In this document: positions 23,465 to 33,719 of the stretch, piece by piece
How the letters are laid out: each line of letters opens with the position of its first letter
Position numbering within the stretch: position 1 is the first letter of the stretch
Origin: Candidatus Marinacidobacterales bacterium
GTDB lineage: Bacteria > Acidobacteriota > Vicinamibacteria > Marinacidobacterales > DATDRI01
DNA length: 64,000 bases
Direction: 5' to 3'
Assembly (NCBI GenBank): GCA_965219415.1
Contig: CBDCNP010000002.1
Coordinates: 3,264,001 to 3,328,000, forward strand
Program-made: the position numbers and the translations under genes
Notes under the pieces: model-generated
What the model saw: the letters and a program-made list of their open reading frames with translations, nothing else
Told to the model about the DNA's origin: nothing
Database searches by the model: none

Positions 23465-24661
23465 ATGCGGGATCTATTGACGTTCGCTTTCGGTGCCCTG
23501 GCCCGTTATCGATTGCGCTCGATGCTTTCCATGCTCGGGATTGCCATCGGTATCGGTTCGGTCATTCTGCTGACGTCGATAGGTGAAGGGACCCGCCTGT
23601 ATGTCCTCGATCAGTTCACTCAGTTCGGGACCAACCTATTGCAAATCAATCCCGGCAAGGCGGAGACGATGGGTATCCCGGGCGTTTTGGGAGGGACAAC
23701 GCACAAACTGTCGATCGGCGACTCGCTTGCCATTTCTCGCCTTCCTCAGGTTGAGACGGTTGTGCCACTGGCCTTCGGGATGGCACGCGTCGAGGCGGAA
23801 GGACGTGGGCGTAGCGTGTACATCTACGGTGTGACCCCCGATGTGCCCGCGGTTTGGAAGTTCCACGTGAGGCAGGGCTCGTTCTGGCCCGCAGCCGATC
23901 CGCGGCGTGGCCATTCGATGGCGGTACTGGGGCCTCAGCTCAAGCGGGAGCTCTTTGGAAACGCCAACGCGCTCGGTGGTTTCGTTCGCATCGGTGGAAC
24001 GCGCTTCCGAGTGGTGGGGGTTATGGAGCCCAAGGGGCAGTTTCTAGGTTTCGATATCGACGACGGAGCCTACATACCGGTGGCTTCCGCGATGAGGATC
24101 TTCAATCAGGATGAGCTTCAGGAGATCGATGTCGTTTTTTCGAGCTCTGCCTCTGTCGACGCGATAGTAGATCGCATTACTCGTCTTTTGATCGATCGAC
24201 ACCGCGGCAACGAAGACTTCACCATCACGACGCAGGCGGCGATGATGGATGTGTTTGGCAACGTCATGAACATCATTACCATGGCGGTCGGCGCCATCGC
24301 TGCGATCTCACTGCTCGTCGGCTCCATCGGAATTCTGACCATGATGTGGATCGCAGTAGGAGAGCGCACCGCCGAGATTGGATTGATTCGTGCTATCGGC
24401 GCTTCACGACGGCAGGTGCAGACGGTGTTCCTCGTGGAAGCGGGAGCGCTTGCCACGGTGGGAGGCCTCGCGGGTTTGCTCGGGGGGTTGGGAGTCTGCG
24501 CTCTCCTCCGAGGGTTCGTTCCTGGCCTACCGGTTCACACCCCGGTGCTCTGGGCGGTCTTGGCGGTATTGATTAGCTTCACCACCGGCTTATTGTCCGG
24601 TGTGGCGCCGGCGCGTCGCGCCGCCTCACTCGATCCCATCGAGGCGCTCCATACCGAGTAG
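23465..24661 (+). CDS. ABC transporter permease (MacB/FtsX-like)
   Basis: SMLGIAIGIGSVI; GILTMMWIAVGERTAEIGLIRAIGA. Confidence 0.9.
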   Translation: MRDLLTFAFGALARYRLRSMLSMLGIAIGIGSVILLTSIGEGTRLYVLDQFTQFGTNLLQINPGKAETMGIPGVLGGTTHKLSIGDSLAISRLPQVETVVPLAFGMARVEAEGRGRSVYIYGVTPDVPAVWKFHVRQGSFWPAADPRRGHSMAVLGPQLKRELFGNANALGGFVRIGGTRFRVVGVMEPKGQFLGFDIDDGAYIPVASAMRIFNQDELQEIDVVFSSSASVDAIVDRITRLLIDRHRGNEDFTITTQAAMMDVFGNVMNIITMAVGAIAAISLLVGSIGILTMMWIAVGERTAEIGLIRAIGASRRQVQTVFLVEAGALATVGGLAGLLGGLGVCALLRGFVPGLPVHTPVLWAVLAVLISFTTGLLSGVAPARRAASLDPIEALHTE

Positions 24662-25774
24662 CGCATAAGCTTCACAGATCACTCTGTCCGGAAAGAGTGG
24701 AAACGACGGCTTCGGTTCACGGACCCGGTCGGCGGAACGGCGGTACCGCTCCATCTTGTCTTTGCCGTAGTCCATCTCCGCCATGTAGAGATTGTGCGGA
24801 CGACATAGAAGTCTGACATTGTCGGCACTTCGATCGCCCCCGAGCCCATGGGGGTCGTCGTGATGGAACTGTAGCCCTAGGCGTTCGGGACATCGTCTAC
24901 CGTCGCCACTCTCAAACGTGCATTGACCCTGGTCGCGCTCCCACACGAAGCGCCTCACAGGAGCGGGAATTGCTCGCCCTCCCGGCGACGTGTCGGCTTC
25001 TTCGAGTCTCTTTCTCGGATTCTTGACTTTGCCGAGACGCTTGGCCTCCAGCCGTTCGATTTTTTCCGTCACGGACGCTTCGAGCATGGAAGCGAGGTCG
25101 GCACCCGGCATGAGCGCGGCGAGCCGTTGGAGCTTCTCGTGAAGCTCGGCGCTCGCGGTGAACTGCACTTTGTAGCGCGCAGGTGCCAGCGGCTCGACGA
25201 CCGGAGGCTTGTCAGCCGCTTCGGGAGCCGGGGCCCGCTCAGGTTCAGGGGCTGGACTCTTTCCGGACGGAGTACTTTCGGCGCCTGACGTACGGTGTTC
25301 GCTTTCCGGCTTCTGTCGCCGCTTCGGAAGCTTCCGGATGGAGGGCGAGACATCCGGTTTCGGCGTAATCTCCGCCATCATCACCGGGAGCTCGCGCTTG
25401 GTCCTGTGAGTTGCTCGAGTCAAGAGCTCCTCGCAATTGGTGTCGGTAAGATGCGGCGCCAGCACCGCGATGCCGCTCAAGTGAAGACGCCCATCGTCGG
25501 GCATCGTCAGCAGCGCCGGATGTCGGCGCGATGCACGTGCGGCGGCTATGCGTAGGTAGGCTTCTGCCTCGGACAAGTGCAACACGTCGACGCAATACTG
25601 AAACATCGATGACGATGCTTCACGGGCATACAGTCGGCGTGCGTCGACTTCGGCGATATGCGCAACGAGAACCGACTCGACACGCCGCGACTGTTTCAAA
25701 ACGTTCGACAGTCGAACAAGAAGCTCATCATCCGATAGTCGGGAAAGTGATTTCAATCCGTATTTTTTGCTCAT
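24626..25774 (-). CDS. DUF222-like / HNH endonuclease domain protein
   Basis: AHIAEVDARRLY..SSMFQYC..LSEAEAYLRI N-terminus; IPAPVRRFVWERDQGQC..C..LQFHH..GG..NVRLLCRPHN HNH C-terminus. Confidence 0.8.
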   Translation of the reverse strand: MSKKYGLKSLSRLSDDELLVRLSNVLKQSRRVESVLVAHIAEVDARRLYAREASSSMFQYCVDVLHLSEAEAYLRIAAARASRRHPALLTMPDDGRLHLSGIAVLAPHLTDTNCEELLTRATHRTKRELPVMMAEITPKPDVSPSIRKLPKRRQKPESEHRTSGAESTPSGKSPAPEPERAPAPEAADKPPVVEPLAPARYKVQFTASAELHEKLQRLAALMPGADLASMLEASVTEKIERLEAKRLGKVKNPRKRLEEADTSPGGRAIPAPVRRFVWERDQGQCTFESGDGRRCPERLGLQFHHDDPHGLGGDRSADNVRLLCRPHNLYMAEMDYGKDKMERYRRSADRVREPKPSFPLFPDRVICEAYALLGMERLDGIE

Positions 25775-26170
25775 GCGTTCTTATAGCACGGACTTTTTTG
25801 ACGCTCTGTGCTCGCGCGTGTTGAACGCGAACGCACCGAGACACTTTCGAAGTCTATCCAAACAAACGAGCGTGCCTGTCGTTTCTCTATCGCGCACAGA
25901 TCCACTCCAGATCGTACCCGCCATGTTTTTGATGTCGCTTTGAAAACGCTGTCAAGCAAAAAGCGAATTATTTTTCTCAGCGACCTTTATTCTTGCAAGC
26001 CGCGTACTCCGTCCGGACGGAGTTGTCAGACGCGTGCGCAAAATCGGATCCGACCCATGTGCGCAGGCCCATGCGTAGGGCCGCTTAACAGCTCCTCGAG
26101 AGCGATCCCCGAATCAGCAAGCTGCACAATTGCTGCACAGTGGCCGGGAGCACTCCACACCGGTGTGACG

Positions 26171-27549
26171 CTACTTGGGCTCTTCCTCCTTTTGCGTGAC
26201 GAACACGTTCGGGATCTCGATGTCTTCCGTTAGAGGCCACTCACGTACCAGCTCCGGTTTGTGGCCCTCCGGATACCACAAGTCGGGTCTATCTCGTTGG
26301 CTTCGATGGGTCTCGTTGATGACGTCATAGATTTGATGCTTTGGAGCAGGGAACGTGATGGTCTCGCTCGTGAATACGGGCCTTGGGGTCTGTGCCGAAT
26401 CTGTCGCTACGCCGTCGCGCCACCATATCTTGCCGCCGCTGTGGATATTAAAAGTCACGAGATCCGGCGCTCCAAAGGCGAACGCTCCCTTCCAGTGGTG
26501 TCGGACTTCCGCTACCGTCTCGTTGTTGAAAACATCGTCGTAGCTGTAGTGCGACGCTACGCATACCCTTGGTGCCGCCTCCTTGCATATGTAGCCGAGA
26601 CCATATCCGGGCGTGTGCGACGTGTCGATTGTGTGGGCGCTCATAGCTGGCGGCATCCCTGAGCCTGCGACGTCAGGGAGATGGTGGCCGTCTGCACTTC
26701 GCTGATCAGCATGTCCACGCCCTTGCAATATTTAATGGTCAGGCTGTTGGGCCGGTTGTCGCCGGTGTAGCAAAGACTCCGACCGTTCCAGTCCAACCTG
26801 TGGCTGGAAGCGCCGTCCTTGGTGTGGGAGGTCGGCCAGTGAGTGATCTTCACGCCGTTTCGGTCGTAGGCGACCCCACCTTCGTCCATGTAGTCGAATT
26901 CATGCACGACCGGATTGTAGCCTTCCCCAATCGGAAAACCGTTGAAGCTGTCCTGATGCCAGGCGGTCATCTCCATCATGCGATTGATCATGTGATCGAT
27001 GCCATACTTCGGCTCGGAGCCGCTGGGGCCATAGATCGAAAGCGGCGTCCATCCTCCCATGAACCCCCGGAACATCATGAAGTAAGGGAGGTCACTCATA
27101 TGATCCATGTGCAGGTGAGTGAAGAAGACGTGATTGATCGCATTGAAAGGAACGCTGAACGAGTTGTAGTTGCGCAGCGACCCGATACCGAGGTCGAACA
27201 CGAAGTTGTCCCCATTGCCGAGTTCCACGAAAATGCTCATTCCCGATTGCGACTGATTTGGATAGAAGGTGGAGCCCATGAAGATTACTTGGACTTCGTC
27301 GGGTTGGAGATCTTCGGTTCCGGGGTAGTACAGCATCGCAGCCTTGAAATGCTTCGCAGGCATCACGTGCGGGGACATCGTTTCGCCCTCGGTCCACTTG
27401 TCGCTCGGAATTCCGGCTGTACCGAAAAACTGCATCGCCTTCTGAAGTTCGTCTTCTTGGGCGATTCCGAGGGTGGGGACGAGCACCACCGTCAGGACCG
27501 CGACTGTCCGCATGAGAGACTTCGTTTCTATCATCCAATCCTCCATCAA
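26171..27549 (-). CDS. MBL-fold hydrolase, RNase Z/arylsulfatase-like, secreted (frameshift near 26660)
   Basis: THLHMDH motif, SHTKDG, YTGDN, TSHT, ASHY across two ORFs. Confidence 0.8.
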
Positions 27550-27737
27550 CAGGAAATCTTGGCCAAGCCATCACAAAAGAGTAGCTGTTACGTGATGCGA
27601 CAACAAGAACGGCCAAGAATCGTATCAGGCTCTGACTACCGCCGGTATCGGGGAAACTACTGGTTTTCACCGTAACAATTACGGGTAGGCCAGGCGAAAC
27701 TACGCCTAACGCATCGGAGTTCCTGGGCCCGTCTGGC

Positions 27738-28655
27738 TCAATGCTCTCCGGCTGTCGAACGATGGGCGGCGAGAGCTACTCCGACGATGACCAGAGCTGC
27801 GCCGGCGAGGAGTCGAGGGTGCAGTAGCTCCTCGCCTCGAAGGATACCTACCCCAACCGCGATCAAAGGAATGATGTACGCAGTCAGGGCTAAACGTTTC
27901 GCTGGAATAAAGGTGAGCAGCCAGTAATAGAGAAAAAACGTCACCGCCGACCCGCAGATCGCAAGGTAAAGTAAGGCACCGATGGACTCCGAGTTCCAAA
28001 CGAGAGTCTTCCCACGCTCGAGCCACAGCGCGATGCCTCCCATGATCACCGCGGTGACGGCCATGGGTCCTCCGGCAAGCGAGAACGGATGGATATCCGT
28101 TCCCCAACGTTTGACGACGACGGTGCCGAAGGCGGCCGATATCGAGGAGAGCAACATCACTAGCGCCCCGGCATAGACGTTTTCTCCACCGAGCGCCGCG
28201 AGGTCTTCGGAGAAGATCACCCCGACGCCGGCAAACCCGACGACGATGCCGAGGATCTCGCCGAGGGCCAATTTCTCCCCGGGAAGGACGAAATGGCCAA
28301 CGCCCGTTACTACGAGTGGATAGATAGCGAACAAGATAGCCGCTAGACCCGAGGGCACCCATTGTTCGCTCCAACAGACGGCGCCATAAGCGATGGTGAA
28401 AGAGAGAATGCCATTTGCGAACCAGATGGTGATCTCTTTGCGCGTCTTACCGACCTTGATTCCTAGGGCGGCGGCCACAGCGAAAAGAAGTGCGGAGGCG
28501 AGCGCGAATCGGATGGCAACGCCGCTGAAGGGTGGGGTGCCGCGTAGCCCCACCGAAATGACCGCCCAGGTCGTGCCCCAGATCAGACAAACGACGGTAA
28601 AGGCCAGAACAATAAGCAATGTGCCGGGCGCACGTCTTGCGGGTGAGGCGAGCAT
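27738..28655 (-). CDS. EamA/DMT family transporter
   Basis: LIWGTTW..PPF..IRF, VPSGLAA, YLAICGSAV; about 10 TM segments. Confidence 0.88.
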   Translation of the reverse strand: MLASPARRAPGTLLIVLAFTVVCLIWGTTWAVISVGLRGTPPFSGVAIRFALASALLFAVAAALGIKVGKTRKEITIWFANGILSFTIAYGAVCWSEQWVPSGLAAILFAIYPLVVTGVGHFVLPGEKLALGEILGIVVGFAGVGVIFSEDLAALGGENVYAGALVMLLSSISAAFGTVVVKRWGTDIHPFSLAGGPMAVTAVIMGGIALWLERGKTLVWNSESIGALLYLAICGSAVTFFLYYWLLTFIPAKRLALTAYIIPLIAVGVGILRGEELLHPRLLAGAALVIVGVALAAHRSTAGEH

Positions 28656-28905
28656 GACCCGCCAAGTGTAACCATTTCGTTCCGTGGTGGCTGGTGAATG
28701 CTCCGGGTAAATGGCGAAATGACTTGTCCCGATCACATGACCGGTAGCGGACAAACCGGTCCCAGCGGCGAACAACCCGGGCGTCGCCTTCGCGGACCCG
28801 TTCGCCCTATCTCGCTGATTTCTAAGCCCGAATGTGTCGGTGTCTCATGGCATGACCCGTGCATTTGTAGATTCTCTACAGGAAGCGTAGAAAGGGGTAG
28901 GACTC

Positions 28906-29616
28906 ATGAAACGAAGAGATTTCATCGCCGGGAGCGGTGCTTTGGTCGCGGGGGTCACGGCCGCCGGAGTCGGGAAGGCCTTCGAGAAAAGAGAAACGGG
29001 AGATTTTCCCCGGATCGAACACCTCGCCGATGAAAAGATCGGTGTCGCAGTCGCGATGGCAAACGGTGCGACGGTGATCGATTTTGCGGGGCCATGGGAA
29101 GTGTTTCAGGATGTCATGATTCCGAGCCCGGACGGAACGCGGTCGCCTTTCGAGCTCTTCACCGTCGGTGAAAGCCGTGAGCCGGTGCGTGCGACCGGCG
29201 GTCTCAACATCATCCCCGATTACACTTTCGAGACGGCGCCGACCCCGAACGTCATCGTGGTTCCCGCTCTTCGCGGCTCGGAGGCTCTCTTGGATTGGTT
29301 GAGGAAAACTCACGAGAAGTCCGATATCACCACGTCTGTTTGCACCGGTGCGTTCCAACTCGCGCGGGCGGGGCTTCTGGACGGCAAGTCTGCGACCACC
29401 CACCACGACTTCCTAGACCGGCTAGAGAGCGATTTCCCCGAGGTCGACGTGAAACGGGGCGTTCGGTTGGTGGACAACGGAGACATCGCGACCGCCGGGG
29501 GGCTTACGTCCGGCATCGACATGGCTTTGAGAGTCGTGGCGCGATACTTCGGCCCGGAGGTTGCCGAGACAACGGCGGTCTACATGGAATACGAAGGAAA
29601 AGGCTGGAGGTCGTAA
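28906..29616 (+). CDS. DJ-1/PfpI family protein with Tat signal
   Basis: MKRRDFI twin-Arg; [30 protein letters not shown]. Confidence 0.88.
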   Translation: MKRRDFIAGSGALVAGVTAAGVGKAFEKRETGDFPRIEHLADEKIGVAVAMANGATVIDFAGPWEVFQDVMIPSPDGTRSPFELFTVGESREPVRATGGLNIIPDYTFETAPTPNVIVVPALRGSEALLDWLRKTHEKSDITTSVCTGAFQLARAGLLDGKSATTHHDFLDRLESDFPEVDVKRGVRLVDNGDIATAGGLTSGIDMALRVVARYFGPEVAETTAVYMEYEGKGWRS

Positions 29617-29618
29617 TA

Positions 29619-30198
29619 ATGAGAGCACTCTGGCAGGACCTGCGTTACGGCGCGCGCGTGCTCGCGTCTAGACCCGGAATTACCGCCATCACCATCGTTA
29701 CCCTGGCGATCGGAATTGGGGCCAATACGGCCATCTTCAGTGTCGTCCATGGGGTCTTGTTACAACCCCTTCCCTACGAGGAGCCGGATCGTCTAGTTCT
29801 CGTCCGTGCCGACGCCGAAGGACTCGAGTCGATCGCTTCTATTTCGGCGCCCGAGCTCCGAGACCTCCAAGAGCGAAGTCGGTTGTTCGAGGAGTTCGGT
29901 GGCGTATGGTCGCAGCAGGCGAGCATCGTCGACGATGAGCCAGAGCAGATCTGGCACGCTTGGACGACCGCAAACCTCTTCTCTTTGCTCGGGAAGGATC
30001 CCATCCTCGGGAGACACTTCTTGCCGGAGGAGGAAGCCGAGAACGGCCCCGACGTAATGATTCTTGGATACGGGATCTGGCAGCGCCGGTACGGTGGTGA
30101 TCCGAAAATCGTCGGGAAACCCATACAACTTGATGACACCGTTCGTACGGTGGTCGGAGTGATGCCGGAGGGTTTTCGAATTCTTTTGGGAGACGATA
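29619..30198 (+). pseudogene. ADOP permease 5' fragment truncated by mini-element
   Basis: [36 protein letters not shown]; homology ends at 30199. Confidence 0.85.
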
Positions 30199-30267
30199 GG
30201 CGTTGTTGCACGGCCCGGCGCAAATCGCTGACCTCCCTGTGCCGGCCAAGAGCGGTGCAACAACGCC
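30199..30267. mobile_element. 69-bp mini-element with 13-bp perfect TIR (IS6-like)
   Basis: GGCGTTGTTGCAC ... GTGCAACAACGCC; resembles the IS26/IS6 TIR GGCACTGTTGCA. Confidence 0.65.
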
Positions 30268-31160
30268 GCTCAAAGTCGATGTATCCATGCTCCATGGCTT
30301 CGACGGCCTCAACGACCTCTGTGTTTCCCTCCACAACATTCGTTTTGCCGTAGTTCATGTGGAGTCCGAGCTCGCCCAAAAGGTCATTCAGTCGCAGCTG
30401 AGCCTTCCCTCAGCTCGCGCGGGTCGTGCCCAAAGAGCCAGATGTCATCCATCCACCTGACCGCTCGGGTGTCGAAGTGTTTGATGAGATCCGAATCGTC
30501 CGGCAGCTTGAAAGTTGCAAGGAAGTCGTCAACGGGACTTAAGTACATATTCGCTAGAACGGACGAGCTGCGGAAGCGTTGCGGCAACCCTGAGCGAAGG
30601 AATATGCGGTCCCATTCTTCAAGAAGCTGGCCAATGCGTCTGACGACGTCTCCTGTACCGGCTCTCGATTCTAAAGCTTCGATGACCCTGGAAACCGGCA
30701 CGGATGCGAAGAACGACACGATGTCCGTTTTGAGAACAGACGACGACTCGATGGCAAGTCGCCGCAATCGGCAGCGGTAGTTATCCCATTGCCAAGCGGT
30801 TCGTGCGTAAATGCCATTCTTTGGCTTATCCGGAACCAAGCGCCAACCGAAGACAAAGTCCTTCAGCGCCCCGATGGCGGACTTGCTGACGGTATCGACG
30901 AGACTTTGGTAAACGAGGCGGTCGACGGGGTCAATGACTACGGCGGGTCGGACACCAAAGTTTGGTTTGGGTACATTGATACGCGAAGCTCGCCCGACCC
31001 CGGTCCCATCCAAACGAGCGAGCAGCTGCTGACCATCTTGCTCATTGACAATCCACGCGAGTTCGGGCCATCCCCACGGGTCATAGAACCAGTCGCCAAT
31101 GATGTCAGTACGACAGTTGTCGAGGGCTCGCTTGATATCGATGACGCTGAGCCAATCCAA
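30268..31160 (-). pseudogene. Reverse transcriptase (unknown-group/Abi-DRT-like), C-terminally truncated, +1 frameshift near 30408
   Basis: VPKPNFGVRP, DRLVYQ, KTDIVSFF, GLPQ..SSVLANMYL, RWMDD; [11 protein letters not shown] in the next frame. Confidence 0.85.
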
Positions 31161-31501
31161 CCGTGGTCTCCGTCGGCGCGGCGGTGAACGTTGCTAATGC
31201 GGCACGCCAGGCACGCCCCATGTGCAGCCGGCTGGATTCCACCAGGTGAGCGCTGAGGACGCGGCGTTCCGTGAAGAGCTTGATATCCTCCGTAAACTCA
31301 TCTTATCAAGTTCAGAGCAGAATGCAGGAAATGTGGATCGTTTCCCAGCGGGAGCAGCGAAATGACATTGGGGTCGTTGTGTGACACCCGCTTGTGCTTC
31401 TAGCCGTCGCTGGCGAGGCGCAGGCGCGAGCATAGAACTTCCAGAAGCCCCACCGTGGTGGATGCCAGTTCTCCCGTCTCAGAAAAAGGGAGATCGAGAT
31501 C

Positions 31502-31696
31502 ATGGCAAATGAACGTCAGACACAAGTGATAGACAGCATTATCCAGCAGGTGAAAGACAGCATTTTGAGTGACTCCTCCGTCATATTTATTCAGAAAGAC
31601 GAGTCGGATGAAACAATCGTCGGTTCCGGAACGTTAGTTTCAATCGGCGATACCACCGCGATCCTGACTGCTGATCATGTCTTAGAAAAACTTCCG
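31502..31696 (+). pseudogene. Trypsin-like serine protease N-terminal fragment
   Basis: GSGTLV..ILTADHV catalytic His motif; cut by MITE at 31697. Confidence 0.7.
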
Positions 31697-31861
31697 GGTG
31701 CTTCCGCTGTTTACTGTTGGTAATATGTACGCATCCCTTTGCAAAAGAGGCACTTACGCTCCATTTAGCGCGCGGGGAAGGTCACAAGCGCTATTTTGAC
31801 TGTAACTTAATGCACTGTAAGTCTTAGCGTCATCTCACCAACACTTGATGGCGGAAGCACC
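31697..31861 (+). mobile_element. MITE-A (IS1-derived, about 165 bp) copy 1
   Basis: GGTGCTTCCGC..GCGGAAGCACC TIRs shared with IS1 at 38080. Confidence 0.85.
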
Positions 31862-32149
31862 ACTTCGTCCGATCGCACGGAGCTCTGAAGTTCGGACGTG
31901 AGATCCGAACTCCGGCTATGCAGGCCGGTCTGACCACGCGACGGCTCACCTTTCGAGACATCTTCTTGGCGACGACGATTCCTTTGTGGTCGCGGATCGA
32001 GGTTTTCTTGCTCACTGGGGCGCGCAACCCGGTCTCTTCCGCACCTGAACCACTGCCCGCAGCCGCGTAGCAACATATCTGGACTCCTCTAGTCAAGCCC
32101 CTTTCTTTCTAGTCACGCCCCTTTCTTAATAAATCTTCCATCGAAGCTG

Positions 32150-32375
32150 CGCATCCATCGCGTCGTGACGAGTGGGTCAGACTGCAAACGTATCTTCGGC
32201 CTCAGTGAGGAGCGTCTTGGGTGCTCCGGGCCATGATGGAAAATCCGCGCGCGAGGAGCCAATCACTTTGAACGACCTCTTAGGGCCAGTGTTGCTATTG
32301 GCTTGACCCCGCGCCGGTCCGACCGGTACGCCATCAGTTGGATGGGTATCGTCGCAGCCTCTTTTGGAAGGGAAA
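32150..32375 (-). ncRNA. Predicted bridge/seek RNA of IS1111 copy 1 (also about 51485-51710, 59920-60145 and in the duplicated end 51201-51410)
   Basis: Target loop closed by GCCAAT/ATTGGC with AGTGTTGCTA (rc of target TAGCAACACT) and CACTT; donor loop with ATGATGGAA (rc of junction TTCCATCAT) and CGTATCT; boundaries approximate. Confidence 0.75.
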
Positions 32376-32405
32376 AAGGAAAACACGAAAGTGGAGCCTC
32401 TAAAT

Positions 32406-33437
32406 CTAAGCGGCCACCGGCGACTGGAATTCACTCTCGCGGGTGGAGACGGCCCAGACGATCCGGGCGAGTTTGTTGGCGACAGCAATCACGGCCTTGT
32501 TGTGTCCCCGCGAGCGGTGGACCTTCCGAGCCCAGGCGCGGAGCTTGTCGGGCGGGCTCTTGCTGACGTTCGCCGCGCGGAGCACGGCGCGCCCGCCCTG
32601 GGTGAGGAGCATACGGAGGTAGGAGTCGCCACGCTTGGTGATGCGTCCGAGGCGGCGAATGTCGCCACTGGAGTTTTCCTTGGGAACTAGGCCGAGGTAG
32701 CTCGAGAAGCGGCGCCCCGATGGGAAGCGGCGAAGATCGCCGACGAAGCCCACGATGGCGGTCGCGGCCAGAAGTCCGATGCCGGGAATGGCGAGAAGTC
32801 GTTGGACTTCAGGAAGCTGCTTGGTGAGCGCCTTGAGCTCGTGCTCGATGCTAGCGCACTTGTCCTTGAGTTCTCGAATCTCGGAGCAGGCATCACGGAG
32901 ATGCGAACGGAGCACGTCGGGCAAATCAGAATCAGCGTCTTCGACGAGTTCGAAGAGGGCGGGCACGACGAAGTGAGCGCCCTTTGGGATGATGAATCCG
33001 AGTTCGCGCAGGAGCCCGCGTACGGCATTGATGCGTGCGGTCCGTGTGGAGAGCCATCCTGAGCGCAGGCGATGGAGCGCAGCGAGGGTGTGCTGGTGCA
33101 CGGACTTGATGGGTACGGGAAGAAGCTCCTCGTTCCTGTAGGCCTCGAGCAACGCCTTCGTGTCGGCGCGGTCGTTCTTGCTCCCGCGTCGATACGGCCT
33201 CACGAGGTGAGGTGGGAGCAGGACGACGTCGTGTCCCAACCTTCGGAACGTCCTTGCCCAGAAGTGAGCCGAGCCGCAGGCTTCGAGAAGCACGGTGGCA
33301 GCGCTCTGTTTGGCAAAGAACGACACCAATTTGGGTCGACTCACACGGAGTTGCTTGGACACCTTCCCCGCTTCTCCCGAGATGGCAATCTCGAAGACGT
33401 TCTTTGCAAGATCCACAGCGATTGTCGTATCTTTCAT
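32406..33437 (-). CDS. IS110-family DEDD recombinase/transposase
   Basis: VDLAK, LEACG, KNDRAD; IPGIG, YLGLVP..SSG, AVANKLARI; RBS AGGAGGAG before MKDTT. Confidence 0.95.
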   Translation of the reverse strand: MKDTTIAVDLAKNVFEIAISGEAGKVSKQLRVSRPKLVSFFAKQSAATVLLEACGSAHFWARTFRRLGHDVVLLPPHLVRPYRRGSKNDRADTKALLEAYRNEELLPVPIKSVHQHTLAALHRLRSGWLSTRTARINAVRGLLRELGFIIPKGAHFVVPALFELVEDADSDLPDVLRSHLRDACSEIRELKDKCASIEHELKALTKQLPEVQRLLAIPGIGLLAATAIVGFVGDLRRFPSGRRFSSYLGLVPKENSSGDIRRLGRITKRGDSYLRMLLTQGGRAVLRAANVSKSPPDKLRAWARKVHRSRGHNKAVIAVANKLARIVWAVSTRESEFQSPVAA

Positions 33438-33538
33438 TCGGACTCCTCCTTTTCGATGCGTATTCGACTGACTTTGGCACATCGATGCCGTCTATGTCAG
33501 TGGAGGAGTCCATTCCATCACTTGATGGCGGAAGCACC

Positions 33539-33719
33539 TGCGGCGGTCGAACAACGGTGCACGGAGATGGCCCTCCAGCATGCGGATGCGGTGGGCGACG
33601 GCGGCCGGTGTGACCTGAAGTTCCTCGGCGGCGCGTACGAAGTTCTCGTGCCGTGCGGCAGCGTCGAAGAAGCGGAGGCAATCGAGCGGTGGCAGGGCCC
33701 GCATGGTGCCCCACAGCAT
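33539..33719 (-). pseudogene. LysR (GcvA-like) HTH fragment
   Basis: LPPLDCLRFFDAAARHENFVRAAEELQVTPAAVAHRIRMLE; cut at the IS1 end. Confidence 0.85.

Larger units (their letters stand above)
32076..33520 (-). mobile_element. IS110 family, IS1111-type element copy 1 (1445 bp)
   Basis: Sub-terminal IR TGGACTCCTC (32080) / GAGGAGTCCA (33503); CA core at both junctions; long non-coding end 3' of the transposase. Confidence 0.92.
31862..33538 (+). mobile_element. IS1 3' remnant whose right TIR is interrupted by IS1111 copy 1
   Basis: 31862..32075 matches 39046..39259; TIR resumes CTTGATGGCGGAAGCACC at 33521. Confidence 0.85.

Noticed and set aside
2738-27549. Numerous frameshifts as programmed frameshifting or mass pseudogenisation
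   Set aside because: Mostly single-base indels in short homopolymers in otherwise intact genes (also in IS3 orfB near 44255); best explained by sequencing error
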